64,000 bases of DNA, from the NCBI GenBank assembly GCA_001773575.1, contig MEXB01000009.1, positions 7,441-71,440 on the forward strand, written 5' to 3'. The translations under genes and the position numbers were made by a program. The notes beneath the pieces were generated by a model that searched no databases, was not told where the DNA came from, and was given only the letters and a program-made list of their open reading frames with translations. This stretch comes from Candidatus Adlerbacteria bacterium RIFOXYC1_FULL_48_26. GTDB lineage: Bacteria; Patescibacteriota; Minisyncoccia; Phycocordibacterales; SBAW01. Positions 46,743 through 55,759 of this stretch are shown here, piece after piece (position 1 is the first letter of the stretch; the number at the start of each line of letters is the position of its first letter).

Positions 46743-48482
46743 ATGCGTGCATTTTGGCGCAAACACTCTACAATCGCAGAAGCTACATATCGTTCATTCT
46801 CAGCCAGCGGCCGCGCTATCTTTCTCTTTTTTGCTGCCCTTCTTATCATAAGTAGTGCCGGCCTCCTTTATATACTCAATGCGCGTTTACTTGTCGTTGT
46901 CCCTACCCACGGCGGTTCACTCCACGAAGGTGTTATAGGCGCTCCTCGTTTTATCAACCCCATCTTGGCAATTTCAGACGCAGACTTAGACCTCACAAGC
47001 CTTGTCTACTCGGGCCTGCTTAGAGCAACTCCAAGCGGCGACTATATCGCTGACTTAGCATCCGACTACACCATCTCTCCTGATGGCCTAACGTATACCT
47101 TTCATATCCGTCCAAATGCTACCTTCCAGAACGGCACTCCTGTTACTGCCGACGACATTGTCTTCACCATACAAAAAACACAGGACCCTGAACTCAAAAG
47201 CCCTAAGCGCGCAAACTGGGTTGGCGTAACAGTGGAGGCAATTGACTCACACACTGTGCAATTCACTCTCAAGTCTCCGTACGCACCGTTTATAGAAAAT
47301 CTAACACTCGGTATTTTGCCAAAAAGCCTCTGGCAGAATATTAGCGATGCTGAATTCCCATTCAGCAATTTAAACACCTCACCTATAGGCTCAGGGCCGT
47401 TCAAGGTTTCTAATATCACCCGCACGTCATCTGGCATTCCCTCTTCATACAGACTCAATGCATTCTCCCACTATGTATTAGGTAAGGCGTATTTAAATAA
47501 CATTACCTTTACATTTTATCAAAACGACGAGGATCTCGTGAGCGCACTTAAGAGTGGTGCCGTTGATTCAGCAAGCGGAATTTCCCCCGCAGCGCTTTCA
47601 GCACTCAAAGGCCTCAATGTAGACACCTCTTCGCTCAACCGCGTCTTTGCAGTCTTTTTTAACCAAAACCAGTCAGTTGTACTCCGTGACGCAGCAGTTC
47701 GCCAAGCACTCAATAGTTCAATCGACCGCAGCGCGCTCGTACAGCAAGTTCTTAGCGGGTACGGCACGCCCCTGACAGGTCCTGTTCCTCCAAGCGTTAT
47801 GGAAACATCAGATGCACTACCCCTTACGGCAAGTTCTACCTTGCAGGCGTCGCTTATAGAAAAAGCTGGCAAGACTCTTGATGCCGCAGGTTGGACCATG
47901 GGCGAAGATGGTGTTCGTGGAAAAACCACAGGTAGCGGAAAGACAGCAAAAACACAACTGCTTGAATTCTCGCTTGCGACCGACAATGTGCCTGAACTTC
48001 GTGCCGCCGCACAGTATGTACAAAACGTATGGTCGCAGCTGGGCGTGAAGGTTAGTATCCAGATTTATGACCAAGGCGACCTCTCAGAAAATGTTATTCG
48101 TCCGCGCAAATATGACGCGCTACTCTTTGGTGAAATTATAGGCCGAGAGCTCGACCTCTTTGCATTCTGGGACTCATCCCAGCGCAACGACCCAGGTCTC
48201 AATATTGCCATGTATGCAAACTCTACGGCAGACAATGTGCTTGGACAATTACGCCAAACAAGTGACGAAACCAAGCGCGCCTCGCTCTATGCGCAGTTCG
48301 ATGCACAGCTTAAAAAAGACATTCCTGCCGTATTTCTCTATGCGCCTGATTTCGTGTATATTGTACCCAAAGACTTACACGGGGTTGATCTTGGCTTCAT
48401 CGAGACCCCCAGCGACAGGTTTTTGAGCGCCGCATTGTGGCACACGGACACCGACAAGGTATGGCCACCATTTGCACACTAG
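46743..48482 (+). CDS. ABC transporter substrate-binding protein family 5 (peptide/nickel/oligosaccharide type), membrane anchored
   Basis: 579 aa; N-terminal anchor; SBP_bac_5-like pattern. Confidence 0.7.
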   Translation: MRAFWRKHSTIAEATYRSFSASGRAIFLFFAALLIISSAGLLYILNARLLVVVPTHGGSLHEGVIGAPRFINPILAISDADLDLTSLVYSGLLRATPSGDYIADLASDYTISPDGLTYTFHIRPNATFQNGTPVTADDIVFTIQKTQDPELKSPKRANWVGVTVEAIDSHTVQFTLKSPYAPFIENLTLGILPKSLWQNISDAEFPFSNLNTSPIGSGPFKVSNITRTSSGIPSSYRLNAFSHYVLGKAYLNNITFTFYQNDEDLVSALKSGAVDSASGISPAALSALKGLNVDTSSLNRVFAVFFNQNQSVVLRDAAVRQALNSSIDRSALVQQVLSGYGTPLTGPVPPSVMETSDALPLTASSTLQASLIEKAGKTLDAAGWTMGEDGVRGKTTGSGKTAKTQLLEFSLATDNVPELRAAAQYVQNVWSQLGVKVSIQIYDQGDLSENVIRPRKYDALLFGEIIGRELDLFAFWDSSQRNDPGLNIAMYANSTADNVLGQLRQTSDETKRASLYAQFDAQLKKDIPAVFLYAPDFVYIVPKDLHGVDLGFIETPSDRFLSAALWHTDTDKVWPPFAH

Positions 48483-48528
48483 TGCAGTACAAATTTTAGT
48501 ATTTATTTTATTCATTAGTAATTAGATT

Positions 48529-50421
48529 ATGGAAGAACCGAAAAAGCCGTCCCAACCAGGACGCACAGGACGTGGGCCCCGACCAGCAGGATCACGCCCA
48601 CAAGGAGCTAAAGGACGCGGACGCCGCAATGATTTTCGTCGTGGTGGACCAAAGCCTCACCAGACACACCCAGTTCGTGAGATAAAAGAACATGATCCAA
48701 ACGCCGCTTCAAATGGAGGCCCTGACGAAAAGCCAGTTCCACCACTTGAGGCTGGAAACATTCGCATCATCCCTCTTGGTGGTGTAGAGGAAATCGGCCG
48801 CAACATGACAGCGGTTGAATACGGCGATGACATCGTGATCATCGACTGTGGTTTCCAATTCCGCGAAGACGATACTCCAGGCATCGACTACATTTTGCCT
48901 AACACCCGCTACCTCGAAGAACGTCGCGATAAAATCCGTGGGCTTTTCATTACGCACGGCCACCTCGACCACATCGGCGCTATTCCATATATCATCGATC
49001 GCATCGGCTACCCTGCCCTCTATACGCGATTGCTCACGTCTATCATGATCAAGAAGCGCCAGGATGAATTCCCTAACCTCAAACCTCTCACTATTCACGA
49101 AGTTGAAAAGAACGAGACAGTGCGCGCAGGTAAATTGAAGATTCGTTTCTTCTCAGTTACGCACACCATCCCAGACTCAATGGGTATCATTATTGAAACT
49201 CCACACGGCAACATTGTTGCAACGGGCGACTTGAAACTCGACCACGTAGACGGCGTACCTACAGAGGAGGAAGAGAAAGAATGGTCAATCTTTAAAGACA
49301 TGAATGTCTTGATGCTTATGGCCGACTCGACCAACTGTGAAGAGCCGGGCTTCTCCCTTCCAGAACGCACGGTGCGTAAAAACATGGAGGAGATTATCTC
49401 AACCACGAAAGGTCGCCTTATTATCGGCACCTTCTCTTCTCAACTCGAACGTTTGATCCACATCATTGAGACTGCAGCAAACTGTGGCAAGTCTATCTTG
49501 ATCGAAGGCCGCTCAATGAAGGTCAACATCGATATCGTAAAACAGCTTGGTATGTTGAAAGTTCCAGAAAAGACTTTCATCGGCCCACAGGAACTTGAAG
49601 CACTTCCAGATAACAAGATTCTTATCTTGGCGACGGGCGCACAGGGCGACGAATTTGCGGCACTTATGCGTATCGCAATGAAGACCCACAAGAACGTTAA
49701 AATCAAACCAACGGACGTGGTGCTTCTCTCTTCATCGGTTATCCCAGGCAACGAACGCTCAGTTCAGAAACTTAAAGACAATATTTCACGCCAGGGTGCA
49801 AAGATCATTCACCGCAAGACGATGGACGTCCACGCATCGGGCCACGCAAACCGCGACGAGCTCGTATGGATCCATATGCACGTGAACCCTCGCTTCTTTA
49901 TGCCAATGCACGGCTACCATTACATGCTCCGCACCCACGCTGAAATCGCTAAAGCCTGCGGCCGCCGTGAAGAAGAGGTTATTGTTCCAGACAACGGAAC
50001 CGTTATTGAAATCCGTGACGAAGGCCAGAGCTTGGTACGTTTGAAAGAAATGGCTCCCAACTCACTTCGTTTGGTGGACGGCTTCTCTATTGGCGACATC
50101 CAAGAAGTAGTTATCCGCGACAGAAGCGTCTTGGCACAGGAAGGAATGTTCGTGATTATTGCAACGGTGAACCCAAAGAACGGCCGCTTGCGCAAGTCTC
50201 CCGACATCATTTCCCGCGGCTTCGTGTACCTACGCGAAAACCAGGAACTTCTCCAGCAGACACGCATGATTGTTAAGAAAACAATTGAAGACACAACCAA
50301 GGGCATGCAGCCAGTGAACTTCGACTACGTTAAGAACAACGTTACCGATGCAGTTGCACGCTTCCTCTTCGAGAAGACCAACAAGCGCCCTATCGTTATT
50401 CCAGTAGTTCTAGGAGTGTAG
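48529..50421 (+). CDS. rnj: Ribonuclease J (MBL/beta-CASP) with Arg/Gly-rich N-terminal extension
   Basis: 630 aa; IIPLGGVEEIGRNMTAVEYGDDIVIIDCG, FITHGHLDHIGAIPY (HxHxDH), beta-CASP and C-terminal domain. Confidence 0.85.
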   Translation: MEEPKKPSQPGRTGRGPRPAGSRPQGAKGRGRRNDFRRGGPKPHQTHPVREIKEHDPNAASNGGPDEKPVPPLEAGNIRIIPLGGVEEIGRNMTAVEYGDDIVIIDCGFQFREDDTPGIDYILPNTRYLEERRDKIRGLFITHGHLDHIGAIPYIIDRIGYPALYTRLLTSIMIKKRQDEFPNLKPLTIHEVEKNETVRAGKLKIRFFSVTHTIPDSMGIIIETPHGNIVATGDLKLDHVDGVPTEEEEKEWSIFKDMNVLMLMADSTNCEEPGFSLPERTVRKNMEEIISTTKGRLIIGTFSSQLERLIHIIETAANCGKSILIEGRSMKVNIDIVKQLGMLKVPEKTFIGPQELEALPDNKILILATGAQGDEFAALMRIAMKTHKNVKIKPTDVVLLSSSVIPGNERSVQKLKDNISRQGAKIIHRKTMDVHASGHANRDELVWIHMHVNPRFFMPMHGYHYMLRTHAEIAKACGRREEEVIVPDNGTVIEIRDEGQSLVRLKEMAPNSLRLVDGFSIGDIQEVVIRDRSVLAQEGMFVIIATVNPKNGRLRKSPDIISRGFVYLRENQELLQQTRMIVKKTIEDTTKGMQPVNFDYVKNNVTDAVARFLFEKTNKRPIVIPVVLGV

Positions 50422-51120
50422 TAGTTTCTCCAACTCCTTTTCACTAGCTCCGGTCTTAAGCGCGTCGCGAAGTAATGCGGCGCGCTTTTGGCGTGTAGAA
50501 CCTTCAAATTTAGACTGCTTAACATAGTGTTTGCTTTTGTTGTTTATACGAACGCCACTCGCCTTCAGGTGTGAGCCGTAGTCCATCAAGGCCGCATAAA
50601 AATCTCTTGGCTCCATCTTCGACTTTTTTAAATCACTCTCTATCAAAAGCAGGATTTCTTTATCAGACACAAGCCTCTTTGTTGGAAAATAAAAGTGCGT
50701 AAATACCGTGCGAATATTTGTCTCAATAAATACCTCTGGATTATTAAAAGCGAAGGTCGAAACAGCGCGAGCAGTGTAGTGGCCAATGCCGGGAAGTTTT
50801 TCTATCTCCAAAACTTCTTTAGGAAATTTTCCCTTGTATTGTTTTGCAACAATCTTGGCGGTTTCATGGAGAAACTTCGCACGGCGGTTGTAGCCCAGCC
50901 CCTGCCACTCTTTAAGAACGTCTGAAAGAGACGCTTTTGCTAACACAGCGAACGTTGGAAAACGTTTGAGAAACGCTTCGTACTTCGGTACCACACGAGA
51001 GACTTGGGTCTGCTGAAGCATCAGCTCAGATACCAAAATTTTGTATGGATCCTTGGTCTTCCTCCACGGAAGATGCCCGCGGCCAGATTTTTTATAGAAG
51101 CTTTTAAGCTCTCGTAACAT
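50410..51120 (-). CDS. HhH-GPD base-excision DNA glycosylase (MutY/Nth-like) lacking the C-terminal 4Fe-4S Cys cluster
   Basis: 236 aa; helix-hairpin-helix LPGIGHYTARAV and WQGLGYNRRAKFLHETAKIV; no Cx6CxxCx5C. Confidence 0.65.
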   Translation of the reverse strand: MLRELKSFYKKSGRGHLPWRKTKDPYKILVSELMLQQTQVSRVVPKYEAFLKRFPTFAVLAKASLSDVLKEWQGLGYNRRAKFLHETAKIVAKQYKGKFPKEVLEIEKLPGIGHYTARAVSTFAFNNPEVFIETNIRTVFTHFYFPTKRLVSDKEILLLIESDLKKSKMEPRDFYAALMDYGSHLKASGVRINNKSKHYVKQSKFEGSTRQKRAALLRDALKTGASEKELEKLLHS

Positions 51121-51133
51121 GCAAAACTATAGT

Positions 51134-51166
51134 AACAAAAAACTCCCTGATGGGGAGTTTTTTGTT
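51134..51166. terminator. Rho-independent terminator (AACTCCC-loop-GGGAGTT flanked by A/T runs)
   Basis: AAAAAACTCCCTGATGGGGAGTTTTTTGTT. Confidence 0.65.
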
Positions 51167-51245
51167 CTACTGGCTCCAGAGGATTTCTCCTCAACTACAT
51201 AGGACTCGGTAACCTCAATTAAGAGTATAGCCTGCCGCCCTTTGA

Positions 51246-51313
51246 GTCAAATCTACAGCCAGCAGAGGGAATCGAACCCTCAACACTAGGTTACCGATCC
51301 TACTATTGTAGCC
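51246..51313 (-). ncRNA. Non-canonical tRNA-like element (perfect acceptor stem and T-arm; D/anticodon regions atypical)
   Basis: Minus strand GCCAGCA...GAGGG-TTCGATT-CCCTC-TGCTGGC-T; 68 nt; only a 4-bp/8-nt-loop pseudo anticodon arm (TAGG-ATCGGTAA-CCTA); similar in sequence to element at 34023-34093. Confidence 0.35.
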
Positions 51314-51400
51314 ATACTGCTGGCTTATTCCATCACGTCGGTATACCGTGATGGTTCGCTAACGATAGCAGAACGGGTACTGAAATAATCCTAAAATTTT

Positions 51401-51436
51401 CATACACAAAACAAAAACCTCCCCGAGTTGGGGAGG
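51401..51436. terminator. Bidirectional Rho-independent terminator downstream of RRM gene
   Basis: AAAACAAAAACCTCCCCGAGTTGGGGAGGTTTTTG. Confidence 0.7.
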
Positions 51437-51454
51437 TTTTTGAAAGGGACAGTA

Positions 51455-51709
51455 TTACTGTGCCTTTGGACGTGCGTCAGAAACTGTGAGCATGCGACCA
51501 CCGAAGTCCTTGCCATTCCACATAGAAATAGCGGCGTCGGCGCCAGCATCATCTGCCATTTCAACGAAGCCGAAGCCACGTGAACGACCAGTTTCGCGGT
51601 CAGTAACGATAGATGCCGAAGCAACTTCGCCTGCCTGTGCGAACGCATCGCGGAGCTCATCACCCGTAGTACGGTATGGGAGTCCACCGATGAACAATTT
51701 GCGTGCCAT
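51455..51709 (-). CDS. RRM (RNP-1/RNP-2) RNA-binding protein
   Basis: Start MARKLFIGGL (RNP-2 KLFIGGL), RNP-1 RGFGFVEM; 84 aa. Confidence 0.75.
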   Translation of the reverse strand: MARKLFIGGLPYRTTGDELRDAFAQAGEVASASIVTDRETGRSRGFGFVEMADDAGADAAISMWNGKDFGGRMLTVSDARPKAQ

Positions 51710-51869
51710 AATGCGCGAATTCAAAACAACTAAATAAGATGTTCTGGTAAGGCGACCCTCCGAACTTACTTCCGCGCAAACGGACACAGTGGAGATACTT
51801 ACTTGAACACTAGGTAGTATAGCACACTACTATGAAATTGCAAGCAAATCTTGATAAAGAAAAAATGAT

Positions 51870-52568
51870 CTACTTGTTCGTCAGCTTTGCGTATACAACA
51901 AGACGTTTGTTGTATGAGCGCGCCTCTGCATCCCATGCGCCATCGCAGGTAATGAGTACAAGTTGTGTAGGGCCGGTCTGAGAAAAGATGTCAGCAACCG
52001 GCGCAGAGTCGAGATTGTACTGTGCAGTTTGGTGAACGATGTAGATAAGCGTTCTACCTGCGCTGTCCTCAACAGTGATATAGTCCCCTACTTTTACATC
52101 AGAAAGGTGTTCGAATACACCTGACGTAGTAAGTGCGTTGTTTACATGGCCAGCCATAACTGCGTTGCCTGCAGCACCTGGCTTAGGACCCAATGTATAC
52201 CAACCAATATTTTGGAAGGACTTAGGAGTCTCCATCGAGCCGTCATCTTTTTTACCAACCTGTTCAATGTTCGCATCAACTCCAATACTTGGAATTTTTA
52301 CATGCGTCGGGGTGATGGGAGTTGTTGTGGCCACCAAGGAAACATTAGGAAAGGCAGAAGCAAAACCTTGAGAAGAACCGAGAGTTCCTAGCGGTTGGAA
52401 GGCAGTCTGCACAGCATCTGTTCCACCAACATAATTAAATGCTCGTGAAAAAAGATTCGCTGCTCCTATAAGGATCACCAGGCTTCCGATTGCAATCAGG
52501 ACCCAGCGCGCCAACGTAGAATGCTTAGCCAAGTGTGACACTGATAGCTCGTTTGACATAAGGGGCAA
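51870..52568 (-). CDS. Sortase family transpeptidase (membrane anchored)
   Basis: 232 aa; N-terminal TM; catalytic VLITCDG (TLxTC) and conserved His/Arg context. Confidence 0.7.
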   Translation of the reverse strand: MPLMSNELSVSHLAKHSTLARWVLIAIGSLVILIGAANLFSRAFNYVGGTDAVQTAFQPLGTLGSSQGFASAFPNVSLVATTTPITPTHVKIPSIGVDANIEQVGKKDDGSMETPKSFQNIGWYTLGPKPGAAGNAVMAGHVNNALTTSGVFEHLSDVKVGDYITVEDSAGRTLIYIVHQTAQYNLDSAPVADIFSQTGPTQLVLITCDGAWDAEARSYNKRLVVYAKLTNK

Positions 52569-53427
52569 AGTAGATGCCTGCGCCGATCAAGAGTACGAGA
52601 GCAAACGCGAGCACCGCGCTGTCCTGCGGGCCAAAGCCAGTGTTAGGCAAGAAGGCTGGGATGAAGTTAGACGTTATTGTTGGTGTGCCTGGGTATGTAA
52701 TAGCGCCTGCAACACCTGCCACAACGTTTATCGTGCAGTTCGCAGTCTGTATACCATTGTTAACCATCACAGTCTGAACACCTGTGCTTTGAAATACGGT
52801 TGAGTACGAAGCACCAATATTTAATGTGGTGCGGTCAGTTGTCGTCCACGTATATGCGTTTGAGCTACCACCTGTGGCAGTGAAGGTTGCTGGTTGTCCT
52901 GCGGCAACAGTCTGGTACGAAGGATTACATGCAAGTGTGTACTGTCCATATGAACCCTGGTACGGAACAACTGGTGCAGGGCAGCCTGGGTTTCCGTAAT
53001 ACCCTGGGATGCAAGCGCTGGGTGATGTTGGAGGAGTGTTTGAAAGTGTGATTACGCAAGAAACAATTTCACCGCTCAAGCGAGTAAAGCCTGAGCATGT
53101 GTTTGAGTAGTGGAAGTAGTAGCCTGAGCTATTTGTACTTGCAGTAACTGAATAGCTACCTGGAACAAATGTCACTCCACGAGTTTCACCGGTAAACCCT
53201 GAAGCGTAGCCCAACGTACCTCCAGTTGTATTGTTGGTATAGCCAGCCATAGCAGGAGCTGTTGCTGTAACTGTCACGATAGGCGCATTGGAAGGCTGAG
53301 AAACGCCTGGAGCAAGTACGGTTGTAATAACAACCTGTGAGTTAGGGCTGGTCTGGGCCCATGCAATAACTGGAAGCGCAACTATAGATATAGAAATGGC
53401 TGCTGCGGCAAAACTGCGGAATGTCAT
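52525..53427 (-). CDS. Secreted Thr/Ser/Gly-rich surface protein with C-terminal LPNTG sortase sorting signal
   Basis: Signal peptide; C-terminus FLPNTGFGPQDSAVLAFALVLLIGAGIYFAPYVKRAI (LPXTG + hydrophobic + basic); overlaps sortase gene start. Confidence 0.65.
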   Translation of the reverse strand: MTFRSFAAAAISISIVALPVIAWAQTSPNSQVVITTVLAPGVSQPSNAPIVTVTATAPAMAGYTNNTTGGTLGYASGFTGETRGVTFVPGSYSVTASTNSSGYYFHYSNTCSGFTRLSGEIVSCVITLSNTPPTSPSACIPGYYGNPGCPAPVVPYQGSYGQYTLACNPSYQTVAAGQPATFTATGGSSNAYTWTTTDRTTLNIGASYSTVFQSTGVQTVMVNNGIQTANCTINVVAGVAGAITYPGTPTITSNFIPAFLPNTGFGPQDSAVLAFALVLLIGAGIYFAPYVKRAISVTLG

Positions 53428-53534
53428 AGGAAATAAGGGCTTTAATTAATAGAGTAAGTAATTAGTGCATAAGGCACATGGAGCTAGAGTGAACCTAGCC
53501 GAAAGATTACCACTTTATTTGAGAAACGCAATGC

Positions 53535-53726
53535 TTAAAAGCCAGAGATACCGCCAACTCCTTGAGATGCCAAGAAGGCTGGAAGAACGAGAGGTATTAT
53601 TACCAAAGGAAGGAGAATGAAAGACAGAGTTATGATAGCGCTCCACAAGAAGTATTTACGCATTTTTTCTGCTGATTTATAGGTCGCGTCGAGCTTCTGT
53701 TCAATTCGGTTCAGCTGTTCATCCAT
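53535..53726 (-). CDS. Small membrane protein (63 aa)
   Basis: Start MDEQLNRIEQKLD; C-terminal TM helix; ORF-track N-terminal extension overlaps ZIP gene. Confidence 0.4.
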   Translation of the reverse strand: MDEQLNRIEQKLDATYKSAEKMRKYFLWSAIITLSFILLPLVIIPLVLPAFLASQGVGGISGF

Positions 53727-53745
53727 AGGCTTATTATACTGCACC

Positions 53746-54468
53746 CTATTCAGCGATAGTGATGGCAATAAACAACACCAAAGCACCCACAAGAGTCATA
53801 AATGTAGTCCAGAATGTTGGGTGTGCGTGATGGCTTTCTGGTATCAAGTCGGATGCGCCGATGTAGAGGAAGAACCCAGCAAAGAGTGCGAGCAAGAGTC
53901 CAAGGGTCGCAGCAGGTACTGTAAAGAATAGAGTTACGATGATGCCGGCGACAGGCGCAAGCGCATCAACAAAAAGCCATCTCAAAGCCTGCTTCTTTTG
54001 GCCACCATGACGCACCACAACATTTACTGTATTTATGCCGTCAGAAAAATCGTGGGCAAGTACGGCGGCCGCGACAATAAGACCAACCGCAGGCGACACT
54101 TGAAAGGCTAAGCCAATTCCAACACCATCAAGAAAACTATGGATTGAAAGTGAACCTGCTTTTACATGACCTCGAGAATGACCGTGTTCGACATCCTCTG
54201 CATGTCCATGACCATGCAACATCAACAAACGATCGAGCAACAAGTACAGCAAAAATCCGAGACCTACGAATGAGGCAATCGTGGATACTTCATGCACCTC
54301 CCCTGCGAGTTCAAATGCCTCAGGCACCAAGTCAAAAAAGGCAACCGCAATAACAGCGCCTGCGCTGAATCCCAAAATCAAATGCATTTTGTCGCGTAGT
54401 TTAAGCGCAACAAATCCTCCAATCATAGTTGCACAAAACGCTGCGAAAGAGATGAAAATTAATGTCAT
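53746..54468 (-). CDS. ZIP-family zinc/metal transporter (ZupT-like)
   Basis: 240 aa; 8 TM; His-rich loop HGHGHAEDVEHGHSRGH; HDFSDG and LAHDxxDG-like ZIP motifs. Confidence 0.8.
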   Translation of the reverse strand: MTLIFISFAAFCATMIGGFVALKLRDKMHLILGFSAGAVIAVAFFDLVPEAFELAGEVHEVSTIASFVGLGFLLYLLLDRLLMLHGHGHAEDVEHGHSRGHVKAGSLSIHSFLDGVGIGLAFQVSPAVGLIVAAAVLAHDFSDGINTVNVVVRHGGQKKQALRWLFVDALAPVAGIIVTLFFTVPAATLGLLLALFAGFFLYIGASDLIPESHHAHPTFWTTFMTLVGALVLFIAITIAE

Positions 54469-54487
54469 AGAAGAAAATACTTACATA

Positions 54488-54901
54488 TTACGAACATCGG
54501 GCACACAGACCGAATAATTCCAACGAGTGGCTGTTAATGCTTTTAAATGCTTTCGCGTTTTTAGCTGCTTTTATAAGGGCTGTTTCAAGTGACGGGTCAG
54601 AAAAATCCTCCACCCTTTCACAGCTGGTACACACAAGATGGTGGTGATGCTTCTTCCCCACCGACAACTCATAGTGCGCGTGTCCGTGCCCAAGCTCCGA
54701 ACGCGCGAGCAGATTCTTTTCTGTAAGCGCTTCGAGGGAACGATACAGTGTTACGGTATCTTGTTTTTGTCTTAGTTTTTTTTGGATCTCTACAACAGTT
54801 AAGGGCTTGACCTCATCCTGCAAAAGCTCCAACAACGCAACTTTCCCCGGCGTTGCGCGGAAACCAGCCTTGCGAAGCATTTCTTTAAATCCCTGTTGCA
54901 T
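54488..54901 (-). CDS. Fur-family metalloregulator (likely Zur, next to ZIP transporter)
   Basis: Start MQQGFKEML; wHTH, HHHHLVCTSCERVEDF and GLCARC metal-binding Cys pairs. Confidence 0.75.
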   Translation of the reverse strand: MQQGFKEMLRKAGFRATPGKVALLELLQDEVKPLTVVEIQKKLRQKQDTVTLYRSLEALTEKNLLARSELGHGHAHYELSVGKKHHHHLVCTSCERVEDFSDPSLETALIKAAKNAKAFKSINSHSLELFGLCARCS

Positions 54902-54958
54902 ATGTGGAGTATGTATTACATGCAAAATAATTGCAAATAAATATATGCGCCGCCGTTG

Positions 54959-55297
54959 TTAGTCTTTATGCTTCGTGCGGTGCATGTCGGTAAGCACACC
55001 GTTTGCCTCCATCAGAACAGCTATAGCATTTCGCAAGAAAAGAACTCCTGCGCCAACTGTTAGCCATCCAGTAGCGAAAGACATAACCGGAGAAGTAAAC
55101 ACGGTAACAGGGTTATACATACAAACGGCAAAAAAAGTAAACCAGAGCGATGCGCAGAACCCGCAGTACAAGGCTCCTCCAACAATAGGAAGCGATTCAA
55201 TCTTTTTTGCAAAGTCCTTATGGTCAAGCAAGATAGCTCGCCATATAAGCGTAAACGTAGCAACGGACGCGGTCAGTACTAAATATTCAGCAATCAT
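54959..55297 (-). CDS. Hypothetical 4-TM membrane protein
   Basis: Start MIAEYLVL right after upstream terminator; ORF-track Arg/Pro-rich 74-aa extension is read-through into GC-rich islet and rejected. Confidence 0.5.
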   Translation of the reverse strand: MIAEYLVLTASVATFTLIWRAILLDHKDFAKKIESLPIVGGALYCGFCASLWFTFFAVCMYNPVTVFTSPVMSFATGWLTVGAGVLFLRNAIAVLMEANGVLTDMHRTKHKD

Positions 55298-55312
55298 ATA
55301 TTTATAGTAATA

Positions 55313-55356
55313 GTTTAATAAAAGTGCCCCGCCAAACATAAAGTCCGGCGAGGCAC
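55313..55356 (-). terminator. Rho-independent terminator after mini-gene P4
   Basis: Minus strand GTGCCTCGCC-loop-GGCGGGGCAC (10-bp stem, one mismatch) + TTTTATT. Confidence 0.7.
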
Positions 55357-55377
55357 GACGCACGATGAGGTGACGCC

Positions 55378-55641
55378 TTACAGGTGGGCGGCCAGCGGGT
55401 TGCCGCTGTCGCGCAGGAACCCCATCCCGAACTTCGAGACCGGGTGGACATTCCCGCCACGCGTCTGGCAGAGAGCGCCGTCCTGGACGACGAGGTCGCC
55501 CGCGTCCGGCCGGACGCAACCGTAGTCCTTGGCCGAGACCACGACCACAGCATCGGATTTGACGCTACCCTGCTGCTCCGGCGTGAAGACACAGGACGTG
55601 CAGCAGGGCGGACAGCCGCCACACGGGGGCTTCTTGGACAT
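55378..55641 (-). CDS. GC3-rich mini-gene P4 (87 aa) with Cys-rich N-terminus MSKKPPCGGCPPCCTSC
   Basis: SD AGGAG (inside palindrome CCTTCGAAGG) 8 nt before ATG; strong terminator after stop; GC-rich islet flanked by AT-rich DNA. Confidence 0.5.
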   Translation of the reverse strand: MSKKPPCGGCPPCCTSCVFTPEQQGSVKSDAVVVVSAKDYGCVRPDAGDLVVQDGALCQTRGGNVHPVSKFGMGFLRDSGNPLAAHL

Positions 55642-55759
55642 CGAATCAACTCCTTCGAAGGTACTTCAAACGCAACCAATTTGCGTTTGTATATGCAAGA
55701 ATATCACAGCATATAACCAATTGCAAGTTATTTGCAATTACATATATCGACTAAACACA

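Noticed and set aside
54959-55519. 186-aa version of the membrane-protein gene with an Arg/Pro-rich 74-aa N-terminal extension
   Set aside because: The extension lies in GC-rich islet III upstream of a terminator. The real start is the ATG at 55297, right after that terminator.
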